DNA from: Dendrobates tinctorius
Taxonomy: Eukaryota
Reading direction: 5' to 3'
Length of the DNA stretch: 64,000 nt
Assembly: GCF_039654945.1 (NCBI RefSeq)
Contig: NW_027361924.1
Span: 9,052,001 to 9,116,000, forward strand
The notes beneath the pieces are model-generated. The model did no database searches, was not told the DNA's origin, and saw only the letters and a program-made list of their open reading frames with translations. The translations under genes and the position numbers were made by a program. Shown here in pieces: positions 11,013-23,534 of the stretch. The first letter of the stretch is position 1. Every line of letters begins with the position of its first letter.

Positions 11013-14000
11013 CTATGTGTCAACAGGGGAAGGTGGGACAAAATCCTTGGAAACCCATGCATGGTTCATTTTAATGAAGGTTAGATCATCCACATTTTGG
11101 GTTGACAGACGGGTCCTTTTTTCTGTCAGGATTGATCCAGCTGCACTGAAGACTCTTTCCGATAGCACACTTGCAGCTGGGCAAGCGAGCTCCTGTAAGG
11201 CATATTGTGCCAATTCAGGCCAGGTGTCCAGTTTAGCGGCCCAATAGTCAAAGGGGAATGACCTGTGTGGGAGAACATCGATATGGGAGGAAAAGTAGTT
11301 TGTAACCATAGTTGACAACTGCTGTCTCCTGTCACTTTCCATCTATGCTGTATTACCAGTTGTGTGAGCGGTACTTGAAAAATCAGTCCACAACATTGTC
11401 ATGAAACCCCTGTCTCCAACGCCACTTCTGCTGTGTGCACCATGAACACCTCTGCCAAGCTGCCCCCGGCCCGTACGGCTCGTGTGAGAACCATCACCGC
11501 TGCTGTGTGCTGGGAATGCCTCAAGCAACCGATTTACCAGAGTTGCTTGTTTATTAGCCAATATTAGGTCAAGGTTCTCCTGTGGCATGATGTTTTGTAA
11601 TTTGCCTTTATAGCGTGGATCCAGGATGCTGGCCAACCAGTAGTCATCATCGTTCATCATTTTGGCAATGCGGGGGTCCCTTTTATGGATCCGCAAGGCA
11701 TAATATGACATGTGGGCCAATGTTCCCGGTGTCAATGATGCACTGCGAGTGCTGGTTGGAGGAGTACTTTCTGGCAAATCCACATCCCTCCAGTCAAGCA
11801 CAAACCCTGTACCAGACCTTGCCACGCCAACATTTTCACTTGCCCCATGAGATGCATCCTCCTCCCCTAAGTAATCATCCCCATCATCATCCTCCTCCTC
11901 CTCTTCTTCATCCAACTCGTCCAGGAGAGGTCCCTGAGCAGACAATGGCTAAATGTCATCAAGGATTCCCTCCACCTCTTCCTCCTCGTCAACATTGGCT
12001 GCAGACGCCTGCTCCTTAAGGTGCGTCAAAGTTTGCATGAGCAGACGCATAAGTGGGATGCTCATGCTTAGGATGGCGTCGTCTGCGCTTACCAGCCGTT
12101 TGCATTCCTCAAAACACTGAAGGACTTTACAGAGGTCTTTCAGCTTCGACCACTGCACACCTGTCAACTCCATGTCTGCTCTCAAAGTGCCTGGCCGTGT
12201 ATCCTCCCACAAATGCATTATGGCCTGCCTCTGCTCGCACAGCCGCTCCACCATGTGCAGGGTGGAGTTCCACCTTGTTGCAATGTCGATAATGAGGCGG
12301 TGGTTGGGAAGGTGGAGCAATCGCTGCAGCTTCTGCATACGAACGGAGTGTACAGGCGACCGGCGGATGTGCGCGCACAGTCTTTGCACCTTCTGGAGCA
12401 GGGCTGTTAACTCCGGATAATTTTTGAGGAAGCACTGCACCACCAGGTTCAAGGTGTGAGCCAAGCAAGGTATGTGGCTGAGTTTTGAAAGGGCTATGGC
12501 TGCCACAAAATTACGGCCATTATCACTAACTACCTTGCCTGCCTCAAGATGTACACTGCCCAGCCATGACTCAGTTTGTCGCTTCAAGTACTCGGCCAGC
12601 ACCTCAGCGGTGTGTCTGTCGCCCAAACACATCATCTGCAACACAGCCTGCTGACGCTTTCCACTAGCTGCTCGATAGGGGGACACCTCGTGTGCATCAG
12701 TGGCAGCTGCAGATGGAGTGCTCGTACGACTGCGCTCTGTGGACGAGCTTTCGCTTCTGGAGGAGGAGGAGGAGGAGGGTCGAACGCCTACAGCCAACTG
12801 TTTCCTATACCGTGGGCTAGGCAGCACTGTCCCACCACCGCTGTCCCCTGTGGACCCTGCATCCACCACATTAACCCAGTGCGCAGTGATGGACACGTAA
12901 CGGCCCTGGCCTTGCCGACTGGACCATGCATCAGTTGTGAGGTGCACCTTTCCACTCACTGACTGCTTGAGTGCATGGACAATGCGGTCTTTTACATGAT
13001 GGTGGAGGGCTGGGATGGCTTTGCGAGAGAAGAAGTGGCAACTGGGTAGATCATAGCGTGGTACTGCATAGGCCATGAGTTCGCGGAAAGCTGCGCTTTC
13101 CACCAACCGATAGGGCATCATCTCAAACGAGATTAGTTTGGCAATGTGGGCGTTCAAACACAGTGTACGCGGATGAGAGACTGAGTACTTTCTTGACCTA
13201 CTCATAGTGTCTGGGAGGGTGAGCTGGACTTGAGAGCTGCATATGGTGGAAGTAGCGGTGGACAGGGCGGACTGAGAGAGGGTTGATGATGGTGATGGAG
13301 TTGGTGTTCTTTCTGATGGCCTAGATTCAGTATTTCGTTGATATAACAGTGGGATTCCCTGACTGCTGTGGCCTTGCAACGACACCTCAACATTTGCTGC
13401 TGTGCTAACCGGTGGGCTTACAGTGGGGGAAACAATGTAGCGTTGCTGACTACCTTCTTTGTGATCAGTTGCACATGTGGCACTTGAGGTTTGGTGTTGT
13501 GTCCACGCTTGCAAGTGCATGCTGGTTAAATGTCTAAGCATGCAACTGGTATTCAAATTTTTCAGATTTTTCCCTCAGCTAAAGGTCTTTGCACACTTCT
13601 TACAGATAACCTTGGCCTGATCATGAGGATTTTGTTCAAAAAAGTGCCACACTGCACTCTTCCTACTTTGGCAGACATTTTGCGGCCTAGCACGCTGTGA
13701 TCTTTTGACCCTCTGGACAAGCTGTCCAGCAACTCTTTTGATGTTTGGAACCTGTCTTTGGAGTGCTCCGGGCCTGCCAGATAACAGCTGTTGCGATGTC
13801 GATGTCTGCTGTGGATGCTCCTCATCTGAGCTATTGGAAGCAGCACCCTCTTCCCCCAATGGATGCCAATCTGGGTCAACAACTGGGTCATCCATCACCT
13901 CCTCTTCAATGTCATGTGCACCTTCCTCTGTGTCACCGTGTTTGGTGGTATAGTGTGCGGGAAGGGGCATCTGAGTCACATCAGGGTCAGAATCTGGCTC

Positions 14001-14552
14001 TGTACACTGCGAGGACAATGTAGTGCTCTGAGTGAATGTACCAGCAGAATCATCTATCAGCAGCTGTGCATCAGTGCACTCCATGTCAGATTCATCTTGG
14101 CCTGGGTAATTCACCATTTCACTTGATAATCCAGGCATGGTATGTGAAAACAGCTCCATGGAGTAATCAGTAGTATGGCCTGCGTCATCCTTCAATCTTG
14201 GTTGGGGTGAAGGACACAAGAAAAGGTGTGGTTCATGAACATGAGCCTCCAATGACGACTCAGTGCTTTTATTTTTTACAACTTCAGAAGAGGAGGCGAT
14301 AGAGCTGGAGGCTGAGTCAGCAATGTAAGACAAAACTTTTTCCTGAAGCTCTGGCTTTAAAATCGGTTTGCCAACTCCTAGAAAACTAAGCCTTCGAGGC
14401 CTTGTGGAGCCAGACGATGACGCAGGCTCAACACCTCCTGCATTCGGTCCTATTTTGCTTTTGCCACTACCATCAGATCCACCACCAACACCATCATTAC
14501 CAGCTGCCAACCCCCGCCCAATTCCACGGCCTCTTCCACCAGCCTTCCTCAT
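11013..14552 (-). pseudogene. hAT transposase (BED zinc finger, DDE core, hATC dimerisation domain), one frame of ~1180 codons with three premature stops
   Basis: ORFs 13575-14573, 11949-13556, 11343-11945 and 11013-11342 are all in one frame. Motifs SAVWHFF..CKKC..RHL..H, LTTDAWS, VSDNG, CLAHTLNL, TRWNS, SERVFSAAG, FIKMN. Confidence 0.93.
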
Positions 14553-14620
14553 TTTTGGTAGAAATGTAGACAAAATCTAACAAACTATATAGTAATGTAA
14601 AACAAGGTACAAGGTGTCTA

Positions 14621-15624
14621 TAGGACAGGGGAGATTTTGATTTTCTGCACACACTAGTGGACACTGGACACTTTTGGATTGTATGAGGCCCACTGAATAT
14701 CAGAGCGCTATGTCACAGGCTCGATGGCACAGGTGTGAAAAAAGTGACTACAGGATAAGGGAGATTTTTAATTTCTGCAGACACTTGTGGACACTGGACA
14801 CTTTTGGATTGTGTGAGGCCCACTGAATATCAGAGCGCTATGTCACAGGCTCGATGGCACAGGTGTGAAAAAAGTGACTACAGGATAAGGGAGATTTTTA
14901 ATTTCTGCAGACACTTGTGGACACTGGACACTTGGATTGTGTGAGGCCCACTGAATATCAGAGCGCTATGTCACAGGCTCGATGGCACAGGTGTGAAAAA
15001 AGTGAGTACAGGATAAGGGAGATTTTTAATTTCTGCAAACACTTGTGGACACTGGACACTTGGATTGTGTGAGGCCCACTGAATATCAGAGCGCTATGTC
15101 ACAGGCTCGATGGCACAGGTGTGAAAAAAGTGACTACAGGATAAGGGAGATTTTGAATTTCTGCAGACACTTGTGGACACTGGACACTTTTGGATTGTGT
15201 GAGGCCCACTGAATATCAGAGCGCTATGTCACAGGCTCGATGGCACAGGTGTGAAAAAAGTGACTACAGGATAAGGGAGATTTTGAATTTTTGCAGACAC
15301 TTGTGGACACTGGACACTTGGATTGTGTGAGGCCCACTGAATATCAGAGCGCTATGTCACAGGCTCGATGGCACAGGTGTGAAAAAAGTGACTACAGGAT
15401 AAGGGAGATTTTTAATTTCTGCAGACACTTGTGGACACTGGACACTTTTGGATTGTGTGAGGCCCACTGAATATCAGAGCGCTATGTCACAGGCTCGATG
15501 GCACAGGTGTGAAAAAAGTGACTACAGGATAAGGGAGATTTTGAATTTCTGCAGACACTTGTGGACACTGGACACTTTTGGATTGTGTGAGGCCCACTGA
15601 ATATCAGTGCGCTATGTCACAGGC
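14621..15624. repeat. Tandem array, 128-130-bp unit x ~7.7, immediately 5' of the transposase ORF
   Basis: Unit gggagatttt..ctgcagacacttgtggacactggacac..ggcccactgaatatcagagcgctatgtcacaggctcgatggcacagg repeated almost identically. Confidence 0.97.
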
Positions 15625-16126
15625 AGAAATTGGCTAGTGTATCACAAACTACAAGGTGTATGTAGAATTGGGCAGAATAGGAATCTCCCTAGAGTGTAGG
15701 TCTGTAAGAACGGAACAAGTCCTCCACTTATCCTTCCACAGTGACACACAGATAGCTTCACTGTGGCTGTGATAACAGCCATTACACGGTACTGTGTGAG
15801 GAGCGTACACCGCTGTATGGTGTGAAAAAATGCACGCTCAGTACCTCAGCAGGACAAAAAAAAAAATTGGGATTGCTTTTAAAAAAGCAGTTTGCAGAGC
15901 AGTGGGGAAACAGCAATGCAGCTGTCAGGAAGCCTTAGAAGGCAGCCTAACAACCAACACCACTGATACACCACAATATAGCCTCCCCTTGCACTGCACA
16001 CACAGTGACTGGTGTGTTGTACAGGCAAAATCGCTAGCAGCAGAAGCAGTTTTTTTTTCTTCTTCCCTGCCTAGCGCTCTCCCTACAGCATCAGCAACCT
16101 CTCCCTATGCTAAGATCGGCAGAAGT

Positions 16127-16272
16127 AAGATGGCGGTCGGCGTGCACGCCCTTTTATACCCCCTGTGACGCCCACCAAAGCAAGCCAATCACTTGCATGC
16201 CCTTCTGAAAGATGGTGGTGACCCGTGCCTATGTCATCACGTTGCCCACAGTGTCCGTGGATCCTGATTGGC
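16127..16272 (-). promoter_or_regulatory. Putative hAT transposase promoter (CCAAT boxes, TATAAAA, YY1 motif)
   Basis: Minus-strand TATAAAA at 16152-16158, CCAAT at 16185-16189 and ~16267, and YY1-like AAGATGGCGG at 16127-16136. The YY1, TATA and proximal CCAAT motifs keep their order in copy 2 (~42477-42540). Confidence 0.55.
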
Positions 16273-16433
16273 TGAAAAAGAGCGCAAAACAAACTTTTGA
16301 AACGCGACTTTGGCGCGTAAGTCGCCGACCTCGTGGCCGACCTCATCCTAGGGTCGGGTTTCGTTTCATGAATCCCGACTTTGCCAAAAGTCGGCGACTT
16401 TTGAAATTTTTTGACCCGCTTCGCTCAACTCTA

Positions 16434-18719
16434 GTCACAGGGTCTTTTTGGGACAAAACAGCTCCTGCACCAATCTCAGAAGCATCTACCTCCACCTGAA
16501 ATGGAAGTGAGACATCAGGTTGCCATAAAGCTGGAGCTGAAGTAAATCTCTGCTTAAGCTCATGAAATGCTGAGATAGCCTCAGGAGACCAATTCAGCAC
16601 ATCAGCGCCCTTCTTGGTCGAATCAGTCAGTGGTTTGACAATACCAGAAAAATTACTTATAAATTTACGATAGAAATTAGCAAAACCCAAAAACTTCTGG
16701 AGGGCCTTCAAAGAAGTAGGCTGAACCCAATCATAAATGGCCTGTACTTTGGCCGGGTCCATTTCAATAGTCGATGGAGATAAGATAAATCCCAAAAATG
16801 AAATCCTCTGTACACCAAAGAGGCATTTCGATCCCTTAACAAACAGGGAATTCTCCCTCAAAATCCGGAACACAGTCCGGATGTGTTCCACATGAGAATC
16901 CCAATCACTAGAAAAGATCAAAATATCATCCAGATAGACGATCAAAAACTTATCCACAAAGTCACGGAAAATATCATTCATAAAGGACTGGAAAACAGAA
17001 GGGGCATTAGTGAGCCCAAAAGGCATCACCAGGTAATCAAAATGTCCCTCCGGAGTATTAAACGCCGTCTTCCATTCATCACCGTGATTGATGCAAATAA
17101 GATTATACGCCCCCCTGAGGTCAAGCTTAGTAAACCAGCAGGCACTCTTAACTCTGGAGAATAAATCAGACATCAGAGGTAACGGGTACTGATATTTAAC
17201 CTTCATCTTGTTAAGGGAACGATAATCAATACACGGTCTTAATGAACCATCTTTCTTGGCCACAAAAAAAAACCCAGCACCTAAAGGTGACGAGGATGGT
17301 CTAATATGACCCTTCTCCAATGACTCCTTAATATAGGATCGCATAGCATCATGTTAGGGTACTGATAAGTTGAAAAGCCAACCCTTGGGAAATTTACACC
17401 CAGGCATCAACTCAATTGCACAGTCATAACTCCTATGAGGAGGCAAAGACGCAGACTTGCTCTCACTAAATACATCAGAAAAATCGGCTAGATAATCAGG
17501 AATATCATGAGACTGAGGAGAGGTGGAGAAAACAGGAGCATCCCTAAGAACACTCTGACAACCCCAACTCACCACAGACCCAGATTTCCAATCCAAAACT
17601 GGATTATGAGTTTGCAACCAAGGAAAACCCAGAACAATATTATCATGCAAATTATGCAGCACCAAAAATTTACAATTTTCTTGGTGGTCTGGGGCAACTC
17701 GCATTGTCACCTGGGTCCAAAACTGAGGTTTATTCTCTGCCAAAGGAGTAGCATCAATACCCCTCAAAGGAATAGGCGTCCGCAGAGGCGTCATGGAAAA
17801 ACCACAATGTTTAGCAAAGTCCAAATCCATCAGAATCAACGCTGCTCCTGAATCCACAAAAGCCTTCGTGGAAAACGTGGATAAGGAGCAGATCAGAGTA
17901 ATTGCCAAAAGAAACTTAGGTTGTATACTGCCCACAGCAAATGTTTGTGCAAAACGTTTCTCTCGTTTTTGGGCAGACAGAAATAGTATGAGAGATGTCT
18001 CCACAGAAAAAACACAGCTTATTATGCCTTCTAAACTCCTGACGTTGCGCCCGCCCTAGACAAAACCCCATCACATTGCATAGGTTCAGACGTTTGTTCA
18101 AAAGGTGGCAGCGCCTCCCGTGTAGTTTTACGTTCACGTAAACGCCGATCAACTTGAATGGCTAATGACATAAAATCATCCAGACCAGAGGGAACAGGAA
18201 ATCCCACCATAACATCTTTTACGGTCTCTGATAAACCCTTCCGAAAGAGAGGTGCCAATGCACTATCATTCCATGTAGTAAGGACCGCCCACTTTTGGAA
18301 TTTTTGACAGTATAGCTCTGCAGAATCCTGACCCTGGTTTAATGCCAACAGGGTTCTCTCAGCTTGATAAACAGCATTAGGTTCATCATACAACAACCCC
18401 AAGGCTTGAAAAAATGCATCCACATTAGTCAGAATAGGATTTTCAAGTGTCAGAGAAAAGCCCAATCCCGGGGATCACCAAGCAGCAAGGAGATGACTAT
18501 TTTAACCTGCTGCACAGAGCTCCCCGATGAGTTTGGCTTCAAGGCCAGAAATAATTTACAATTATTCTTAAAATTCAGAAATTTAGACCGATCCCCAGAA
18601 AACACATCAGGAGTAGGGATCTTAGGTTCAGCAGCATGTGACTGAATGAGGTAGGTGGAAATTCCCTGCACTTCAGCAGCCAGCTGCTCCACACGATCAG
18701 ACAATTGCTTAATCTCCAT
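16434..18719 (-). pseudogene. A1 gag, protease and reverse transcriptase (disrupted)
   Basis: gag PDVFSGDRSKF..LLLG..WA, zinc-knuckle-like CFFCG..H...C, protease [30 protein letters not shown]. Several stops and frameshifts. Confidence 0.92.
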
Positions 18720-19723
18720 TAGGAAAAAGAAAAAAAAATCCTCCTACGGCCCCAGAGAAAAAAGAGGAAAAAATATTTGTAAAAAATTCTGACACTTTTT
18801 TTTTAACAACTTTTTCCTGCTTTTGAGTACCCTAGAATCTGCGGTATGGCTGGTGATTCTGTTATGTTATGAATGGGTCACCGAGGAGAAAAAAGCAAAA
18901 CAAGCTAAAACACAGAAAACCAGAGAGGTTGGTAACTATGCAGATTGCAGATCCCTGATACTACCACACAACTAGCAGCAGCCGTGGAGCGTACCTACGA
19001 TGTTCCTAGATGCTTCATCACAGCCGGAGGACTAAATTAGCCTGAGGCATGAAAAGGGGAAAACTAACAGCCCCAGAGGAGACCCCATAGGAATAGATAG
19101 CCCCCACATATGTATTAACGGTGAAACAAGATGAATGCACAAACACAGGCAGGAAAATAGGCTGAGCAAACAATGGGGCCCAAACTAACTAGAAAGGAAA
19201 GGAAAGACACTGTCTGCAACCTGCAAAAAACCCTACAAAAATAATGTCCAACACTTCTGATAGCAAAATTAACCCTGAAGTCACTAGACTTCTCCCACTA
19301 TATCAGCACTCTGAAATATTCTGAGACAGAGCAAAAAGAGACCAAACCAGTAAGGGACAAAAAGCAAATTAGCAAAATACTGATAAATAAGAGTGGAAAT
19401 TCAGCACAGCCCCCAGCCGGGGCTGGCTGACCACACAAAAATCTGAATAGACCAACAAAATCAAGTGTGAACATTAGCAGAAAAACTTAGGTTTAGATGA
19501 CTGGAACAGAGCTGAAAACCAAGAGCTGACAAGCTAGAAGGAATCACCAGCAACTGAATAGAGCGTTGGCTGTTTTAAATCCAATCTGAGACTCCTAAGG
19601 TCCAATCGTCATCCTCATTCTCAGGTGGCAGATCTCCACCGATCAAATCAGCCTCAATACCTCCTGTTACCACCAGAGGGAGTCTGGAAGGAGAACTCAA
19701 CACCAGAGAATGAACTCACAACA

Positions 19724-20660
19724 CTTCCCCCTGAGCACCAACAACCTTTTTTTCAAGATCAGAGAATATAGACGCAATAACCACCACTTTTTGTAGTAAA
19801 AGAACCTGTTCACTATTATCACCACCCCAAGGAAAACAGTGAGATAAGGCATCCGCCTAAATGTTCTTCTTCCCCAGCCAATATGTAACAAAAAAGTTAA
19901 ACCTGACGAAGAACAGTGCCCATCCTGCCTGTTGAGGCTTTAGACGTTTCGTATACACTAGATATCCAATATTCTTATCATCCGTGAATACCATATGCGG
20001 ATGAACTGCTGCATCCAGCAAATTACACCACTCTTCAAAGACCCACTTGACTGCCAAGAGTTTCCTGTTTTCCAATGTCACTACTCTGTTGTCAGCTGTC
20101 CCTGAATCAGAGGCTCCTTCCTTGTCCTTAATGCTAGGGATACCCTAGCTCGCGCTGTGCCTGGATTACTTCTGATGGTGAAGATGCCGGAGCCACATAC
20201 CATGTCTTAGCTCCGGAGTCCGCCCTTAGTCTGTACACGTCCCCCACCCAGGGTAGAATGGGGTAGTAGTGTACCATAATACACCAACCAGACTAACAAG
20301 GTAATACGAACAAGGGTAATGAAAAATTCCAAACACACAAATATACACACGCAAGTAAAAGAAGATGCATTGGGAAGGGGATAATGGGGTTAAACTAAAG
20401 TAGTAGAGGAAAGAAAATTATAAACACACTCAAAACCTAGCAACAGTCACAGATAAATCCACCAACCGTCTACTCTACTAACCACTAACATCAACCTCCA
20501 GCCATGCTGCGAAAACTAATTGTGACAATGAATGCTAGCCAGGACCCAGTTTATATAGGAGATGGGAGTGGCTAACAGTGCACGGCTAATAGCCTAAACT
20601 CTCCAGGAGCTCTCAACTGAGCAGATTAATCCCTGCACTGACAAAATAAATGTACACTGT
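19724..20660 (-). mobile_element. Continuation of Gypsy B (RNase H remnant) and a second B-type LTR (20076-~20660, truncated)
   Basis: KLLAVKWVFEEW..VFTDDKN..WALFF. tgtcactactctgttgtcag at 20076 is homologous to the LTR start at 2143. Confidence 0.8.
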
Positions 20661-20661
20661 T

Positions 20662-20850
20662 TTACCCCTTTCTGACTTTATACATAACATTCCATCCATG
20701 TGATCTGGCCCTTTTTGACCATGGACAGAATATTACGCCATTACGATCGCTCGAGCACACAAGCAGTGTGCGAGCAATCACAGCCAGTTGTCAGCTGATT
20801 CTGACAGCTGACACCTTGCACTAGGTGCCAGGAGTGGTCGCAGACTGTAT
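20662..20850. mobile_element. Truncated piggyBac-like non-autonomous element
   Basis: Start ttacccctttctgac resembles TTAA|CCCCTTCCCGAC ends. Internal palindromes are present (tgtcagctgattctgacagctgaca). Confidence 0.45.
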
Positions 20851-20854
20851 CAAC

Positions 20855-22560
20855 CAAGCAGAAAGGCAGCATTTCAATGGTCAAGAGATTGGAGGTGGTG
20901 AATTTCAAGCTCTTAGCTTTTGCATATGTGTAGGAGGAAACATTCTTTTAAGAAACCACAACTGGGGGACCGAGGGATGGCCACGGTGCTGAGAGGGTGG
21001 AGTACAGAGAACAAGACAAACATCTGAACTGTGAGTGTGGTGCAGGCGGAAATGTTATGGTAGATTGAGAGAGCTGTGTTGGGCTTGGTGAAACAAAAAC
21101 AGCAGGCATGTCCGCTTCTGTAACAGCTGATGAGCTCTTGCCCACCAGTACTGTAACAAATGGAGTTTCTGCAGACAGAGACGTGCGTGAGGACACTTGG
21201 CACGGTGTGGGAGGAAGAAATTTGAAAATTTGGGATTTAGGGATAATGGGAAAATCAGATTCAATTTATTACCAAATAGCACATATGCACTGCACTTTAT
21301 ATTGCTTAAAATTATTGCTTTTGCACTGCTTCCCATTGTCCCCAGCACCACATATTGTTGGGATCTTAACCCTTTATATTCCTTGCTGTATGTGTTGACC
21401 TGCTTCCCTCTGGTTTTATTATGTTTTTTACTTTTTATCATGTTTTCTTGTCAAAAAAGATTTTAATTGTTGGTGTCTATATTTAATAAAATAAAATGGA
21501 ATACATTCAATGATAAAATCTTTGGTAAATATTTATTTTTCTTTTCAAGTAGTCGTTTAATTTTGGATTCTAATGTGTCTACTCGAAATCTATATGTATA
21601 TATAATGTATATATATATTTATATATATATATCCTTTTAGGGTATTGATTTTCTCCTAATTAATTTGGATTAAAATACGTCAAACATCAAGCCTACTACC
21701 CCTTCCACCATTACATCACATTTTTCCCACTCATGTTGTATGTACCCTCACCCTCTTTTAATTTGCTGTTTCACAACCTTAGGCCCATACCTGTCAGTCA
21801 CCTGTCACTAAACAAACAATCACTATTTATTTTTTTACATAGTGTGCCTGAACGACACTCTTAGACCTAGCAATTTTGATGAGCAATTGTGGCCTCCTGA
21901 TTCCTCATTGTAGCACAGTTTTATCCCAACCAATTTGGATTACCAAATACGGCCTCCTGGTTGAACCTCAGTATTAGGACTAAAGATTTTGATGAGCAAA
22001 TTTGGGTCTCCTGATTCCTCAATGCAACATAATTTTAGCCCAAATAATTTGAATTAGCAAATAAGGCCTCCTGGGTCAACCTCAGTATTAGGCCTAACTA
22101 TTTTGATGAGCAAATGGGACCTTCTGATTCCTCTCTTCAACACAGTTTTAGCCCAAACTTTGGATTAGCTAACAAGGCCTCCTGACTGAATCCCAATATT
22201 AGGCCTAATTATTTTGATGAGCAAAATGGTCTTCTGATTCCTCACTGTAACACAGTTCTAGCCCAAACAATTTGGATTACCAAAAAGGGCCTCCTGGCTG
22301 AACCTCACTCTTAGGAATAGTAATTTTGATGAGGAAATGGGGCCTCCTGATTCCTCACTGCAACACAATTTTATCCCTAACAATTTGGATTAGCAAATAG
22401 GGCCTCCTGACTGAACCTCATTACTAGCCTTAATGATTTTTATTAACTAATGTGGCCTTCTGATTCCTCACTGCAACACAGTTTTAGCCCAAATGATTTG
22501 GATTAACAAATGGGGCCTCCTGACTGCAGCACAGTTTTGGCACAGTTTAGCACAATCTAG
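20855..22560 (-). mobile_element. Fragments of hAT family C (transposase piece and 5' region), inverted relative to 45100-46830
   Basis: 20870-21200 is the reverse complement of ~46490-46830. 21690-21860 is the reverse complement of ~45240-45400 (gctgtttcacaaccttagg...gtcacctgtcactaaa). Confidence 0.75.
21865..22530. repeat. Diverged tandem array, ~112-114-bp unit x ~6
   Basis: Recurrent ttttgatgagcaaa..ggcctcctgattcctc..ttttagcccaaa..tttggatta..ggcctcctg..tgaacctca. Confidence 0.9.
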
Positions 22561-22619
22561 TTAGATGCACAGGACAGGATCCTATTCAACTAAATGGCAA
22601 GTTCACTTGCAGCAGCAGC

Positions 22620-23534
22620 AGAGGATCCTTCTACAGTGTGACAGCCCTTCAGATATTTGTAGACAGCTATTAAGTTTCCACTCAATCTTATTTTATGCAA
22701 GCTAAACATTCCCAAATCCTGCAACACTTCCTCATAGTCCATGGTTTGCAGACCGGTCACCATTCTGGTGGCTCTTCTATGAACTTGCTCCACTTTGTTG
22801 ATGTCTTTTTTAAAATGTGGTGCCCAGAACTGGACAGAGTTTTCCAGATGAGGTCTGACCAAACAGGAGTAGATGAAGAAAAACACCAAAAAAGACTAGG
22901 TTAGATAAAATCACAAGAAGCAGGGAATGATGCTTACCTGCCAAGGCCACAGAATAAATGCACTAAAACAAGGTGCAGCGGACCCATTAAGATGGCACAG
23001 GTGCAAAAATACCTGATGAGGCAGCCAGCCTACAATCAGGAAATGGCCGTTTGGTATGATAATGCACAAAAAATAGAATGTGTATGTGGCAGTGTTCACG
23101 CAAAAAATGCAAAGCGCACACATACAGATTCTATTTTTTGTGCATTATCATAGCAAGCTGCTATTTCCTGATTGTAGGCTGGCTGCCTCACCAGGTATTT
23201 TTGCACCTGTACCATCTTAATGGGTGCGCTGCACCTTGTTTTAGTGCTTTTGTTCTATGGCCTTGGCAGGTAAGCAAAGAGGAGTAGATGGCAATAATGA
23301 CTTCACGTGATCTAGACTGTATGCTTCTGTTAATATATCCTAGAAATATATTTACCTTTTTTGCTGCTGCATCACACTGTTGACTCATGTTCAGTCTGTG
23401 ATCTATTAGTATACCCAAGTCTTTTTCACATGTGCTGTTGGTTAGCCCTATTCCTTCCATTTTGTATATATTTTTTTCATTTTTATTGTCCAGATGTAAT
23501 ACTTTTCATAAAACCATTCTGTTAGTTGCTGCCC
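22620..23534 (-). mobile_element. CR1 LINE 3' fragment (RT C-terminus), continuing at 29397-~29550
   Basis: [60 protein letters not shown], and FADDTKL at ~29470-29490. Split by a hairpin insertion and by Gypsy A2. Confidence 0.9.
22876..23274. mobile_element. Fold-back retro-insertion (Penelope-like)
   Basis: Inverted arms at 22931-23088 and 23119-23276, a tail at 22876-22930, and a 16-bp TSD caaa(c/g)aggagtagatg at 22860-22875 and 23275-23290. Confidence 0.7.

Larger units (their letters stand above)
7422..16433 (-). mobile_element. Large hAT DNA transposon, copy 1 (~9.0 kb)
   Basis: 13-bp TIR TAGAGTTGAGCGA / TCGCTCAACTCTA. 8-bp TSD gtcacacg / gtcacagg. Subterminal ccgacttt/aaagtcgg motifs at both ends and an internal transposase. 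Confidence 0.95.
4175..19723 (-). mobile_element. Gypsy/chromovirus LTR retrotransposon A1, inserted into element B and interrupted by a hAT
   Basis: LTRs at 4175-5040 and 18865-19723 (TGTTAT...ACAACA). 6-bp TSD cttccc at 4169-4174 and 19724-19729. PPT at 5041-5061. gag-PR-RT-RH-IN-chromodomain on the minus strand. Confidence 0.95.

Noticed and set aside
11013-14573. Domesticated ZBED-like host gene
   Set aside because: Three in-frame stops, intact TIRs and TSD, and a second dispersed copy in the same window.
9801-15624. CRISPR-like arrays
   Set aside because: Head-to-tail repeats with no unique spacers, in a eukaryotic context with no cas genes.
23005-23060. Possible third hammerhead (ctgatgag...gaaatggccgtt) in the fold-back insertion
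   Set aside because: Helix I is out of register, helix II does not abut GAAA, the cleavage triplet is non-canonical, and the other arm differs. At most a decayed relic.
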